A stretch of 64,000 nucleotides of DNA from Haliotis rufescens (lineage: Eukaryota): contig NW_025963857.1 of assembly GCF_023055435.1 (NCBI RefSeq), forward strand, positions 17,546,001 to 17,610,000, read 5' to 3'. The translations under genes were made by a program, and so were the position numbers. Below, piece after piece: positions 48,482-62,390 of this stretch. The notes beneath the pieces are model-generated. The model searched no databases and was not told the DNA's origin. It saw nothing but the letters and a program-made list of their open reading frames with translations. Numbering within the stretch: the first letter of the stretch is position 1; every line of letters begins with the position of its first letter.

Positions 48482-51400
48482 ATGCATCCTGATCTCTCAT
48501 CTCATCTTCATTCTGCTGAATGTAATGAAATAATAAATGCATTCCAGCAGTGTCATGTTGATGTGAGTAGTATTTTTATGTTTTTAATTAAATACTGCAA
48601 ATCTTGAAATTAATGTGTCTCCAAATTAATATGCCTGCAGACAACAGATAACTTGAAATTTGATGCCTATCTATATCTGACAGTGACATCATATATTTTT
48701 TGTGTCACAATGAGCAATGTGATGTCATAATAGTGATGTTTGGTGTGAAACTAAGCCTTGCACGGCTTGATTAATTTTCTGTACGGATGTCCACCTAATG
48801 TTGGCTTACAGAGCGGGGTGCTTCATGCTTCAGTGCCTCTCATATATGCGATAAAAGTACAATGTTTTTAAAAAAGCAATGTTTGAGCATTTAATGTGTC
48901 ATACTTTTTTTCTGAAGATTTATCTGTAGTTCCTTAAGTCTTGAGATTGACAGCAAACTCATTACATCGGACTTCACTTGATATCTTCACTATCTTCAAA
49001 GAATTCATATTTAGTTTAATTTTTGTCCATGTTTTCAGTGTAGAACTATGTTATCTGTTGATCTAACTGCCCTTATTTTTACCATTTGGCACCTGATGCT
49101 GCATGTTTGGTTCCAAATTAAATTTAACTCAGTTGAATCTACAGGATACCTAGCTCTACATTGATAAAACTGTACATCTATCTCCAAATTGAACAACAGT
49201 CTGAATTAGTAGCAACAGTTGAAGAAATGAGTTTAAATCAAACTTATTTTATAAGCTGACTCAATTCTGAATCTACCTTTCAGCATCCAGTTCGTAAATT
49301 CATGGGACACTGCAATGATCTGGATAGAGCACTGACCAGGTGCTTAAAGGCAGAGGTAAGAATGATGATAAATCTAACTAATCTAATCTAATCTGACTGA
49401 GGAGGAGTGTTTTAATTAATTTATAAACCATCTAAACGCAAGAACTACCTGAAAGAGTAAGAAAACATCGGGATACCTTATAGTAAAACAATACAGTGTG
49501 TCGGGGTATTAAAGGAGTTCGATGAACGCGTGCGAGACAAAGACTGTGTGCTGCATGCACACAAATGAAGTCCTGACATATAAGATTGAACTCTTATTTC
49601 TCACCTGCCCAGATGGCACAGTAGGTAACAATGCTCAACACAATATGTGAGGTTGCTTGTTCAAATAACATCATGGAATTTTCAGGGGAAACAATTTTGT
49701 TTGTTTGTTGTTTAACGTCGCACTTAGCAATGTTCCAGCTATATGACGGCATTCTGTAAATAATCAAATCTGGACCAGACAATCCAGTGATTGAAATCAT
49801 GAGCATCGATCCACACAATTGGGATATGATGACATGCATCAACCAAGTCAGCGAGCCTGACCACCCGATCCCATCGCCTCTTACAACAAGCATAGTCGCC
49901 TTTTACAGCAATCATGGGTTGCTGAAGACTTAACTAGTCAAAAATCAAACTAGGTCTTATAATTAAATTGTAAAACCTCCAAGTAGGTCCTACAATTCAA
50001 ATGGAATACCTCTCAGCAGGTCTCACTTGAAGGTTGTACCTCTCACAAGGTTACCTTGAGATTGGGAGATACCTACAATTCTATAGAAAACAAGCGGCAG
50101 TAGGTTTATAGATCCAATCCGCACTTCTCAATTAGATTAGTCAGGTCATAAAATGCCTCGACCCTCGTGTCACACTTACATTGGTACAGCCAGCCTTCTA
50201 GAAACTGTCCCATCCTGATACTTCTCAAATGATCAAGCCTTCCATGTTTGTTAGCAACAACCAGGTGAAGAAACTCTACCATCCACGCACTTCCTGACAC
50301 AAGCCCTTGACATTTTACTAGTGCTTCAATCATTTGCTGCCACTGACAAACACTACAAACTTACAACAATCTCTACTGACACATAATAATCTTACATGCC
50401 CTTTAGTGAGAATGCTTGACTTCATATAAGTTTCAGTTGGTGAATGTTGTCTAATTATGTGTGTGTGAAGCCCATTTCTGGTGACCCCCGCCGTGATATT
50501 GCTGGAATATTGCTAAAAGCGGCGTAAAACCATACTCACTCACTCACTCACTCACTCACTCTAATTATGTGTTCTTAGTGAATCAAATCATGGAAGTGAA
50601 ATAGTTTCAAATCAGCAAGATTCAAAATTGTCTTTAATCACCACCTGGACTCGCAAGGTTGACCCTTTGAGTAACATGTGACTGGTCCACTGCTCATTTA
50701 TGACTAGAGGTTTATGTAACATATCTGTAACTATATTTTGGTAGGTATACAAGTCCATCCAGACTTTTCCAAGGCTGTGGCTGTATTGGATAGTGATGGA
50801 GTAGTGGCAGTGTCTATCCCTGTTAAGAACAAGACACTTTAATATACTCAGAAGTTCAGAAATAAAAGGGGTTTCAGCTTGTATAATTCTAGACAGAAAT
50901 TTCTGTGTACCAGAGCTCCAGATAAGCTTTTGGTGTTGTGGGTATTTTACCCATGCATTTTTATATCATTGGGCATCAGTAGTTCTATCTGGGTATTCAA
51001 ATTTCTGTTACCCACTATTATTTACACATGTAGGTATCTAAGTTAAATGTTTAAAAACACTATTTTCTAGTCCCTGCAAACTGGTGTCGTGTGGGTTCGA
51101 GAGCTTTATAGGACTCAAAAATACCACGATACTTCCACAAGAAAGTGTGATGGCAAATGATCATGATGTAACTGTCATCGTGGAGTTTGGCAAGGTTGAC
51201 GGAATGCCCGTTTCTATAATTTCAAAATAAGTTGCTGATTTGCTAATCGAATACGCAGGGTTACTTCACAATATTTTGATGATACGCACAAGTTTTATTT
51301 TTGTAGCTTATTTGTAATGTTCGTTGCGTATTGGATACGCTTTGATTTGATTTGATTTTTGCATTCTGATGTGTATTTTACGCAGATATGCAGCTTATCT

Positions 51401-51895
51401 GGAACTCTGGTGTACAGTCCCATTGCTTTTGAAAATGCCAGCAGTGACTGAGGGAACTGGTTAAAGTGTAACAATAGATCATTGAATTGAAATTGCATTC
51501 ATTGATTGGATCATGATGAGAATTGAAAAATCATACTATGTCACACAGCAATTAAAAACAAGTAAAACGAAAATATGTTTGTAAACAGTATTTTACCACA
51601 GCATATTTACTACATTTCAACAGGTCTTGAATGTTCCCTTTTCATTCTTTTGCAGATGTAAATAAATTTTATTATCCCTTGCAAATTCAAAAATCGTAGC
51701 TTTCATGATTCTTTGGTTGGGAACTGAAACAAGTCCAGTCATCTCTGAAATCAATCTGTTGGTAGTGTCAATAATGATTTCATTTCAACTTTATTGTTAA
51801 TTTAATTTCAGAGGAAGAAGAAACAAGAAGCTAACTTTGCAAAATCAAGAAGTTTCCAAAAGCGTACTCAACAGAATCCGGAGCAGTCACAGTAG
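48482..51895 (+). CDS. CMC2: COX assembly mitochondrial protein 2 homolog, 78 aa; join(48482..48562,49284..49355,51812..51895)
   Basis: MHPDLSSHLHSAECNEIINAFQQCHVD|HPVRKFMGHCNDLDRALTRCLKAE|RKKKQEANF...; twin CX9C motif; GT-AG phase-0 introns. Confidence 0.93.
50911..51409. mobile_element. MITE with TIR cagagctccagataagct and apparent 6-bp TSD gtgtac
   Basis: Terminal inverted repeats; a related end near 16648. Confidence 0.75.
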
Positions 51896-53285
51896 CAACA
51901 GAACTCTTAGATACAAAGGGAAAATATTTTGTTATGGACTTTTCTGTTCACTGTATCTTCTGGGTGAAATGTGAACTTTCAGGAGAGCCTTGAAGAGTGG
52001 ACGTATTCAGGTGGTGTATCAATCACAGTGTGATATTGTGCTTCAGACCATCAACTGTGCACAGACTGGTTGGGAGGGTTAGTGCATATTGCTTTCTTCA
52101 CTCTTGGATGTGTGCTATGAGAAAGACGGGCCAGAGGTATGAGGTGCCACATTTGCTGTGCAGAGTTGTGTCCCTTAGCCTTGCCAGGATCAGTTGGCCT
52201 TTCCCCCAGACATTATGCATCTTCCCAAGGCAAGGGAGTTAACTGACTGTAAAAGTCTAATTTCTGCCCTTGCTGAACAAGGCTGGAATTTTGTGGCTCA
52301 GTCATAGTGCCACCAGTGGCTATTGTTACTGTAAACAAAGAGAAATGCCTATATATAAAATAATGCATCTTCCGGGGGTAAAAGCGTCCACTAGCCTTGT
52401 TTATCAAACTAGGCTTTGATATAGGCTAGTGAACGTGCTTGCCCCGGGAAGAGGAAAATAAGGGGAATTAAATATCTAATAATGGGAACAGGCATTAAGT
52501 AGACTTTGATGCCTCCTCTCTTGAAACGTCAATTATGTTGATTTAAAAACACAACATTTCTTCTGGCCTTTAGATTGACACAGTCTAGCTGGATGAGAGC
52601 ATTAGTCTATTCAGAAGATCTTTGCATTATTTTGTGTGGTGGTTCAAGAACGAAGATTTCTTGTCATCATCACAGTCCTGTGCCCACTTGCACAAAGCGA
52701 TCTTAGTGTTAAGACTATTGTAAGCCTATGTTAAAGTATGGGAGTAAGCATCATCTAAGTGCTAAGATCGCTTTGTGCATATGGCCCCTGCTCTCCTCAT
52801 CCAACTCATGTTGATTCAGTGTTAGAGTAGGCCTCCAGCAACCAATGCTTATCCTGCTAGGTGACAATGACTCTGATGGTAGTCTTTGTGACTTGGTTGA
52901 CTTTGTACCTCACAACGTGGGACATTGCTTATAATATCAATCAGTGGAATGTCTAGTCCAGACTAAATTATATACAGCCTGCTGTTATATGGCTGGAATA
53001 ATATTAATTTAGGATTGAACAACAGAATTTTCATCCTCTAGCTTGCCTTCTCTGAATGTACATGACTGTCTTATGTAATTACAGTTTATATCCGCCACAG
53101 TGAATGTTTTTATAGATAATATATCCATGTATAGCCAACTTCCTTTTGATAAAAAGTCACATAAAACATTAAAAGACATTTTCATATTGATATTGTATCT
53201 GTTTTCTGTTTCATTGGAAAACATTCATTCTCTCCATCAATCTGCCATTACTTTCAGGGTTACAGTATTAACAAATCACACTTGT

Positions 53286-53452
53286 CAGGGGCAGATCCAG
53301 GATTTTAAAAAGGGGGGAATTCCACTTACTTCAGTGGGGACAAAATTCCACACAATATGTAAACCAGTATTGATTTTTTTACTTTAACACCAAATCAATA
53401 TTTTAATCATGCTTGGACATGACCCCCCCCCCCCTTTCTGGATCCGCCACTG
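53286..53452. mobile_element. MITE (caggggcagatccag...ctggatccgccactg) with 5-bp TSD cttgt
   Basis: TIRs and TSD visible in the sequence. Confidence 0.85.
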
Positions 53453-53664
53453 CTTGTTTAATACCTCCAAAGTGACAAAACACTCATGATAATTTGGACA
53501 CTGCCCAGGAAGAAGACCAGATCAACTGCTATTTCTGGAGTGATGGGTTTTCCCCACTATCAGTACACTTCAAGCATGTGGCCACTTATTTGTTAACTGC
53601 TTATTACTGTTGTGTAGTATTAGGAAATAATATTACAAGGAAGGTATAGTATGTAAGTATTATA

Positions 53665-54141
53665 TACACAAAGAAAAGGGTTAAGCACACCCTAATATAT
53701 TTCATTTTTGTATGGTCCCAATATTTGTAAGTCATGAAAGATATAATTACGGGAAGAATTATGTTTTCTCGAAATGATGTAATCAGTCATGCGTGACGAA
53801 AGCTCACGTGCCATGCATGGTATGTCTTGCAATGCCATTGGTCGGAATTTGGGGTATCACCACACTGTTTTAAGTCGTTTAGTTGAGAAACATGCTCAGA
53901 CCGGTGATGTACAGGACCGTCCCAGATCCAGAAGACCTCCTGTGATGACACATCGCAAAGACAGGGACCTTCTTCGTCTCATACGCCGATAACCCTTTTT
54001 AACAAGTACTGGTCTGAAACAGCTGTTCTATCCGATGACATTGGTATCACCCAGCTCCTGTGGTCAGTCATCCCATGCCATGATATTTGCCATTTGTCAT
54101 GGTTCAGAAATAGGGGTGTGCGTAACATTTTTCTTTGTGTA
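53665..54141 (+). mobile_element. Internally deleted Tc1/mariner element
   Basis: TIR tacacaaagaaaa...; TA TSD; HTH fragment GMSCNAIGRNLG...QTGDVQDRPRSRRP. Confidence 0.85.
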
Positions 54142-55113
54142 TACTAGTAGTTGAAGCTGGCATCAGATTTTATCTTTAACAGATCCCCATAGAGCTAGAT
54201 GAGAGTCGATTACACTCCTTTTATTTTGGTTATCGTAGAAAGTTATGAATAAGAAAATATTCAAACAAAGGCTAAAAGATGTGAACCAGCAAATGTGGAA
54301 AATCTTTGTTCAGTGGTGCAGGGCTCTAATTTGTTGATTTAGTTTGACCTTTGAAAACTTTTGAACTAATGTAGTAGCTTAAACTAAATGAGATTAAGTT
54401 CACATAACTTACTGACAGAAGAAAGCTCCATTGAATAGACCTAAAATGCAACTTAATGAAAGGTTTGTTCCCGCTTTGTGAAAACGATTAAGATAATGAA
54501 TAAATATTGATTATTAGGCAAGTTTGTTTCCTCATAATCACTATATATCAGGAAAATAAGTTGCAGTATGAATACATATTTTATATTCCTATTAAATGAT
54601 ATTGGCAATACTGAAATAATCACTTTATCATATAATGTCATTGTTAAAATCATGGATGTCGAATTTCACTGGTTGAAGTAGGTTTAGAAACGCGTAATAC
54701 AGTGTTTCAGTGATTCACCAATTAGTGCCAAGTGACTTAAAAATTGTTCATCCACAGAAATATGGCGACACATTGGGAAGCCCCTGTCTACTAGGAACAT
54801 TAGTCGATAGTATAGTTATTGAGAAAGAAGGTCACAGACCCAACAATCTAAACAACCACAAAAATTAGTCGAAAGGTAGAACAGGTAGAAATCGAAATAA
54901 TAAATGAATGTAACAGTGAATGATATCCATTGTGAGCAGGATGTGTAAGAAGTACATGTTAGATGTAGATTACCCCAACTGCCAGGCGAAAACGTCACCT
55001 TGGTTTTCAAAAACAAGAAATAAATGAATTTATATTCACATGTTCAATTACAAACACAAATAATTGTGGAATGTTAATGGCCTTAAAACATGTTTATATT
55101 AGAAACTAAAACA

Positions 55114-55268
55114 TAGAGGTTATCACGCGAGTGTGTTTGGTGATTGTAAATATCCTCTATTAGGAATAAACATTGTATTTAGCCAGCCTTGGCGAGCTGA
55201 ATACATAGTGTATATTCCTAATATAGTATATTCATCATCGTCAAACACACAAGCGTGATAACCTCATA
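55114..55268. repeat. Palindromic (hairpin) interspersed repeat
   Basis: gaggttatcacgcgagtgtgtttg pairs with caaacacacaagcgtgataacctc. Confidence 0.7.
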
Positions 55269-55452
55269 TAATGTCATTCTTCAATTCTGTGCTCGAAAAA
55301 TCTCTTTCCATCTCTCAAAAACATTACCTGAACATTGCAAGTTTTCCTGAAAAGTGCGCATTAATATATGTAACGTCAGAAGGTTAGTGATAACGGTCAA
55401 TATGGTTACACCCCAAACCTGTTTCTTTTACAGTAGCGTAACTACAAATAGA

Positions 55453-55623
55453 AGTGAGTGAGTGAGTGAGTATGGTTTTACGCCGCTTTTAGCAATATTC
55501 CAGCAATATCACGGCGGGGGACACCAGAAATGGGCTTCACACATTGTACCCATGTCGGGAATCGAACCCGGGTCTTCGGCGTGACGAGCGAACGCTTTAA
55601 CCACTAGGCTACCCGACCGCCCC
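55453..55623 (-). mobile_element. tRNA-derived SINE family A, full length
   Basis: TSD aactacaaatag; intact A and B boxes. Confidence 0.93.
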
Positions 55624-56504
55624 AACTACAAATAGGCAAAACAACACTTGCCCAAACAATATTCGCGGCAATCCATCAATCTGTCCACTAGAGTAACTGC
55701 CCTTAATCAAAGGGAAGTTACTCTTACCCTAGTCCGTGAGACGTCACGTTTGTTTAGAGTCTCACACTGCGACAACACGAAACATGGTAACAATTCGTAC
55801 ATATTTCGGCTAAATCCAACTGTTTTAATTTGGGGAAAAGGTTCCAAGCCGTAAGGATATGGAAACTGATCGTGCTAATGGTGCTAGGCTTGTGTCCTCG
55901 CTAAATTGTTTCGCATTAATTAGGCCTATATCTCCCGAGTTGCTAAAACTTGTTAATTAAAAAATGCCGTAGCTACGTCACAGTCAGACAATGTGCTTTA
56001 GTATATCATAGTTTTCTTTTGACAATAATAGCAATTTTCCCAGAAGTTTCTCCAGATTCCCGATGGTTAATTCTGACTCGATCGCCGAGCAACGCCATGT
56101 GTAAATATTGTTTTATTGTGAGTATGTGGGCAAAACGTTGTATTTGGCGGGAGATTATCTCCCATGGCGTGATAATATAATTGTGTCATTGATATAATTT
56201 ATGACCGTTACTATTCTGTTATTGTTTCAGGGCCATTCATTTCTACATGTCTACATCTCTGAATCTCTGATTAAAACCGATCACAACCCCACAGCGAGTC
56301 ATGTTTCACCCTTGGCGTCTAATCAGCTGTAACAATATTATGACAGCATGATGTACATGCATAACCTACAATATTTAAATATCCTAACCGTCTTGATTTC
56401 CAAACCATAAAAACGCACATGCCAAAAATACATACGAGTATGTTCACCGAATTACCGAATATTATAAAGATGTTGCCTAAGTTAATCTATAGAAATATTT
56501 CCAG

Positions 56505-58120
56505 GTGTGCACTGTTCATGGAGAGAGTTGTATGGCAGATGTCTTGTCATCAAACTTCAACATCATCATGTGTCATCCAGAGGGACTCTTAAGAGGGATG
56601 AATGAGTTAAGAGACACCGCATTCTGTACCAAAGAAATCAAGGCAGTGTTCATTGGTGAGAGTCATGTTGTTGAAGAATGTCAAGTAACAATGATTTGTT
56701 TGATTAAATATTTATCAACTCTAAGTAATAGCAAGATAACCAAACATGTTAATGTTAAAATATAACAAACATAATAATGGACTTTAAACACATTTATTCT
56801 CATTGTAATGAAGTTACAATTAAAATACTCATAAAGTAATAAGAGTCTGTCCTAGTACATGAACCATAATTTTACCTTCTTTATTAATTTGACTTAAACA
56901 TATTTCAGTTGTGTTATTTGTCTTTTGCCATAAAGGGACAGCATAAAAAGTTAACATTATTAATCTTCTAATACAGGGTATCATTCCCTGAAGAATTTGC
57001 CAGCCATATTCACCAATGCCATGTTCATTGGTTTGAGTGGAACTTTGACTGTTCTACAACTGCCAAGACTTCCTTCAGTTCTTGGAATGGTTGATCCTGC
57101 AATAATCCAGGAAGTGCCGGATCGCCCAAACATCTACTTTTCCAAAATATGCAAGGATAGTATTTATGAGTGTGGAGATGTTGGAGTATTTGAAAATATT
57201 GATGTACCAGAAATTGACAAATTGTATGCCAATCCTGATCTGTACCCAGTGACCCTCATGTTTCTGCCTTTGAAATGCATGGATGAAGCAGTTCGCTACA
57301 TAACCCAAATGTTTGGTTAACAAACAATTCATGCATCAGGGTATTCATGTTTATATTCTACCCAAGACAAGGAAATTACTGACCAGACCCCAGAATTAGA
57401 CTAATATTAGCAACATCTAGTGCTGGTATGGGTTTTGACACTGTGAACATAACAAGAGTCATTCACTGCCCGCCCAGATGCATTTCCAGATATCTTCAGG
57501 AAATCGGGACCGCCTCCGTGGTCTAGTGGTAGAGCGTCCGCCCGGTGAGCAGAAGGTCCGGGGTTCGATCCCCGACCGCGTCATACCAAAAGACGTTAAA
57601 ACATGGTACTTGTTGTTACCCTGTCTGGCGCTCGGCATTAAGGGGCTAAAACAAGGACTGGTCGGCTCGGAGTCGGAGTCAGTATACTGTGTCTGAGTGG
57701 GGTATTCATGTTAAACTGCGGCATGGTATCTCAGTGAGCTAGCACTATAAATCTGCATCAGTCCGGACTAGTACAGGCAGCAACACATACACACACACAC
57801 ACAAACATGCACGTCGCTATATAAGTGCAATAATCTTGGACGCGACGTTAAACCCCATTTCACCTCACCACCTCAGGAAATCGGCAGAGCTGGGCGGAGA
57901 AATCGGCAAGCTGAAGCCCCTTCTTATTTTGATAACAATGACATTAAAGCCAATCTGCCAGGCATACAACAGGATATCAAAGAATACTGCAAAACAACAT
58001 CATGTATGAGAACATTTATGTCAAATGTGTTTGGATTTGAACAAAATGACAAGTCCAAAAGGATGTAGGTGCTGCGTTAAATGTCGCTTCTGCTGTAAAT
58101 GTAGCTCATGCTGTAATTAA
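56505..58120 (+). pseudogene. Decayed RecQ-like (SF2) helicase gene of an AcademH-type transposon
   Basis: HPEGLL, AVFIGESHVV (degenerate DEAH), GLSGTLT, PDRPNIY, LATSSAGMGFD, YLQEIGRAGR (split by a SINE), C-terminal CCxxC; stops and frameshifts. Confidence 0.82.
57508..57872 (+). mobile_element. tRNA-derived SINE family C, full length, inserted into helicase motif VI
   Basis: 12-bp TSD tcaggaaatcgg; A box tggtctagtgg, B box ggttcgatccc, (cacct)n tail. Confidence 0.95.
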
Positions 58121-60759
58121 TCTGAAGAAAACGGATGTGCTCAACATTTCTGCAACTCTCAAACATAGTTACACACCATTATTGTAGCTATGTGATATAT
58201 CTTTGACCTCCTTTATAATAATATAGCCATGTTAATATATGTAAAGCGGAAAAAGAACCAAGCAAACACAAAGATATTGGATCAATGTTGGAAGATAGTG
58301 TTGGTCCGATGTAATTTTGCACAGTAATTTCATGTTGGTCCTGTCAACAACATGGCCCTATTGTCAAACATTGGCCAACATTTGGCCAATATTTTCCATT
58401 ATTAGGTGAGGTGAGGTGAACTTGGGTTTAACGTTAAGGATTATTGCACTTATATAGCGATGTGCATGCGACTATTCTCAACATCTGGTTTCACAAGGTG
58501 ATTGACCATTCAGAAAGTCCATAGTGATACGGAATCTGCCATGTTCTGACAACGGCAGACCTGTTACACTTTTGTGAGGTGAGGTGTAACGTCACGTCCA
58601 GGATTATTGCACTTATATAGCGACATGCATGCATGTGTGTGCGTGATGCTGCATGTATTAGTCCGGACTGATGCCGATTTATAGTGCTAGCTCACTGAGA
58701 TACCATGACGTAGTTTAACCCACTCAGACACAGTATACTGACTCCGAGCCAACCAGTCCTTGTTTTAGCCCCTTAATGCCGAGCGCCAGACAGGGTAACA
58801 ACAATTACCATCTTTTAACGTCTTTGGTATGACGTGGACGGGGATCAAACCCCGGACCTTCCGCTCTCCGGGCGGACGCTCTACCACTAGACCACGTGAG
58901 CATTTTATCGTAAACAAAATATGTACTTCACTGGACTTCTATCCTCATGGTAGAATAATGTAAGAATGTGGTACATATACTTCAGTAACATTATGTGAGA
59001 AAATGTTACTAAATCATGGAATTATAGTGTAGCTTTTGGCTATCACACATTTCAATCCACTTAAATAAGATTTGCATACAGAACAGATCTGTTAGCATAA
59101 TGTTCTGTTAACACTGCTGTTGTTCTTGGGCAGATATAAAGCCTAACTTGGCCAGTTTGTGATTTTTTTATATAGATGAAATTGAATCAGTTAATTTGCA
59201 ATTGATAATAAGTTTAACAATACCTTTCTCTAAAGCAAGAGAACAGAAATTCTACCATGTATTTTTAAATTACTCGATTCAGATTGGTCAATCATAGGTT
59301 GTCAAATCACAATGAACCCCTTCTACTAAAAAGAGCCTATCATCGGTAAGCATATTTAAATAATTACATCTACAATTATAGATTACAAAATGCAAAATTG
59401 CGGTTACTACAATATTCAAAGGATGTGTGGCAATACATTTTGTAAAAAAACCAACATGATATAAATGTTCAAAGAGAATTGTATTTAAGTTTTGGGGACA
59501 ACAGACTTTGGAATGTGACGTCATATCTTTCGGTGATTCCGTAATTCAGATCGCCAACCCACTCAAAACAGTGGACTCAACTCATGCTGCTTAACTCAAT
59601 ATATTTGCTAACACCAAAGAGTTCGCGTTTTATTTAGTCATTGTAGAATGGAGATAAACATACTGTGTTTTCAATGTCGAGATGCGCATTGGGTTCCACT
59701 TCAATTTTGCGCCATTATCTACAGGTAACCTAGCTCTACATTGAAAACATAGTATGTCTCTCTCCTAAATATAGAGTACATTTTAGCATTAATAATTTTT
59801 CACAACCAAGAGATATGTTGGTACAATATGTCCACTGAAATCACAGCTTAAAATCTTTCAAATTATTTCTGTGAAATATAGACGTATTCTTAAAGATGAC
59901 AATTTTATAATATAAAATGTGATATTGATATTTTCAGTTATCCTCTAGTTCCAAGACAGCCTTTCTATTAAGGCTCATATGCATAAAATAGTATTCACTT
60001 CTTCTATTGGTTGTTCACTGCTGTTAGGCCATAGGTTTGTTACATGTCTTTCATTGTTACATACAATCATATTTATGACGTAATTAATTCTTTAATCATT
60101 TCAAGTGACTTGTCTCATGCAATTGCATTTTTACAGGCTAACAGATGGATTGTTTCAAGTTTGTCATATTGCTGGGATCGCAACACTTCAGAACCTAAAA
60201 TAAAATATAAGTGTCGATATACAAGGATAAGTTATACATTAGATCATTATGTTTAGGATAAATTTATGAAGACTAAGATGCTTGAAAGGGGTGTACCTTT
60301 TTTAATAGAAAACAATCTAATACATACAAGCAAAAAGTGAATTTCATCTTCTATTTTAGACTGACAACTTTTGACAAGGACTGGTAAGATTTTCAAGTAG
60401 TCAGTCCTGTGGTCTTAGGGAAATTTAATTGAAGTCTGCAACAATGTTATTACTTTCTTACCTTCAACACCTAGTTTTGGCAAACGTTTTCAAACTTTTC
60501 CTCTATCTGCATAGGTGGAAGTCACTCATCACTATCATTAGGGATTAGTATAACCAGCGTTAGAAATTGTCACTAGTCATGTAGTCCTTGCCAAACTGCC
60601 CAATAGTTAAGGTATCATAAGGACGAGTAGAAAATCTCCATTTTAAAGGGTTTTGCTATATCATTATCATTATCAGGACTAGTGGACTAAACATGTTAGT
60701 TTCTACCGCTGATAACATTTTTGTCACACTAAATACACAGTATAATATTTTGACAATAA

Positions 60760-62390
60760 CTACACAGGTGGAAGTTCATCATCACTATCGCCATCATCAT
60801 CAGCAGCAACCGAATCACCGGTATCATCAGACTGATTACACCTGTCATCCATGTCAATATCATCACCTTTCATCACTCTGAACACATTATCTTGGACTCT
60901 GAGGAAGACTACATTTTGTGAACTTTCTGAACGGGGATGATACAATGACCTTAAACCCATGACACTTTCTTCCTGCACAATAATGAAATGGCCTCAATTC
61001 ATTTAGTGATTTTTTTAATTGACTCTGAGAAATACAAATCCGTTTGGAATGTCTGGTTGACTGTCGTTTGACACCAAGAGATATCCTCAGATTGTCACAA
61101 ACTTTGAATATTGCACTTGCTGCACCTGTTATGGCGTTTTTGGTCTTGTTGGCACCAAGTTGTCTGAGCGCCTTCTGATTCTTTATTCTGACCAGCGCTA
61201 GGTCAGCCTCAACACAATTTGAAATTCCTCCCTTGGTGTTGTCAAGGACAAGCTGTGTCAAGGACAAGTTCTTTCATCATCGGAGAGAGCAAGAAGCAGA
61301 CTTTAATGAGAAAGTCAATGTTCTCCACAAAATATTTACTCTGTGAAGAATGGGCAAAAAAGAATGGAATGTTCATCTTGGCATTATGGATTAGTTTATC
61401 ACTGTCTCCCTCTTTGGCTGTGTCATCAAGCTCCATTAAATGGAGAGCCCAGTGGGATAGTTGCTGGCAATAAATGTAGAATTCATCAGGTTCAAACTGA
61501 GACTTTTCTTCCACCACTGTACCAACAGCATTTACATGAAACATCATGGACATTTTTTCACAAGAATCCTTGAACGTAAAATCAAGGTATCCATAGTCGA
61601 CAAGAAAAGCTCTTAAAACTGCCTCTGACGATGTGGTCTTCTCTTCCAAAGATAGGTTGATGACAACAGGAATATTCTTCAAACCTGTGTTGTCATCAGT
61701 GATACCAAAGTATTCACGTGCCTGTTCCACAAGAACCGCTTTTCCAACATGAACAAGTAGGCCATGATGAGATTGAAAATTCCTCTTAATATTCCCATTA
61801 ACATTTGTCATGTTAAACTTGGCTTTGTAGAAGTATAGCGTCCCTGGCTGTCTAATTGACTTTGGGCTGAACAAAGCCTTGTATGCCTGCTGTGAAAACG
61901 AATATACAGTGTCGGTGTATTATATACACATATCGGATGGCATTGTTACAAAGCTAACGAGCAGTCAAAAGTTTTAATACTAGACTTTCTGTATTAGAAT
62001 CCTGACATTGAGGTGAAATACAAGTTGTTATATCATAAAGAAATATAATTTTTCTTTGCCTTCATAAAATGTCTCTGTTGGCTATCTAAATATTTTCGTT
62101 TTCATAAATATGTCTAAATGAAATACAAAGGCATATGGCATGAAATTGTGACAATACTGATAATTTGATTGGTTTAATGTGAACAAATAATGTTGGAAGG
62201 TCGAGTCCAGTCAAGATGAAATACTTCCAAAATGTCCTGCTTGTTGTGCCACCATTCAATAACAAATGATCTAAGATCAAATCTTTTGGCAGGTGTAGGA
62301 GAAAGTGCTCTGAGACTCTTGGCTCCCTCAAGCCTTACCCTGGTGAGCTGATCCCAACCGACTGGAACATGAGGTTTCTTAGCGCTGATC
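60760..62390 (-). pseudogene. Decayed Academ-type transposase (DUF6589-like), spliced, convergent with the helicase
   Basis: VPVGWDQLTRVRLEGAK (GDQLT motif), GTLYFYKAKFNMTNV, DTAKEGD, SKYFVE, EADLAL...LGANKT; frameshifts. Confidence 0.78.

Noticed and set aside
50106-50345. Exon-like antisense segment in CMC2 intron (acceptor plus gtaagt donor, 75-aa ORF)
   Set aside because: No recognisable homology and no partner exons found
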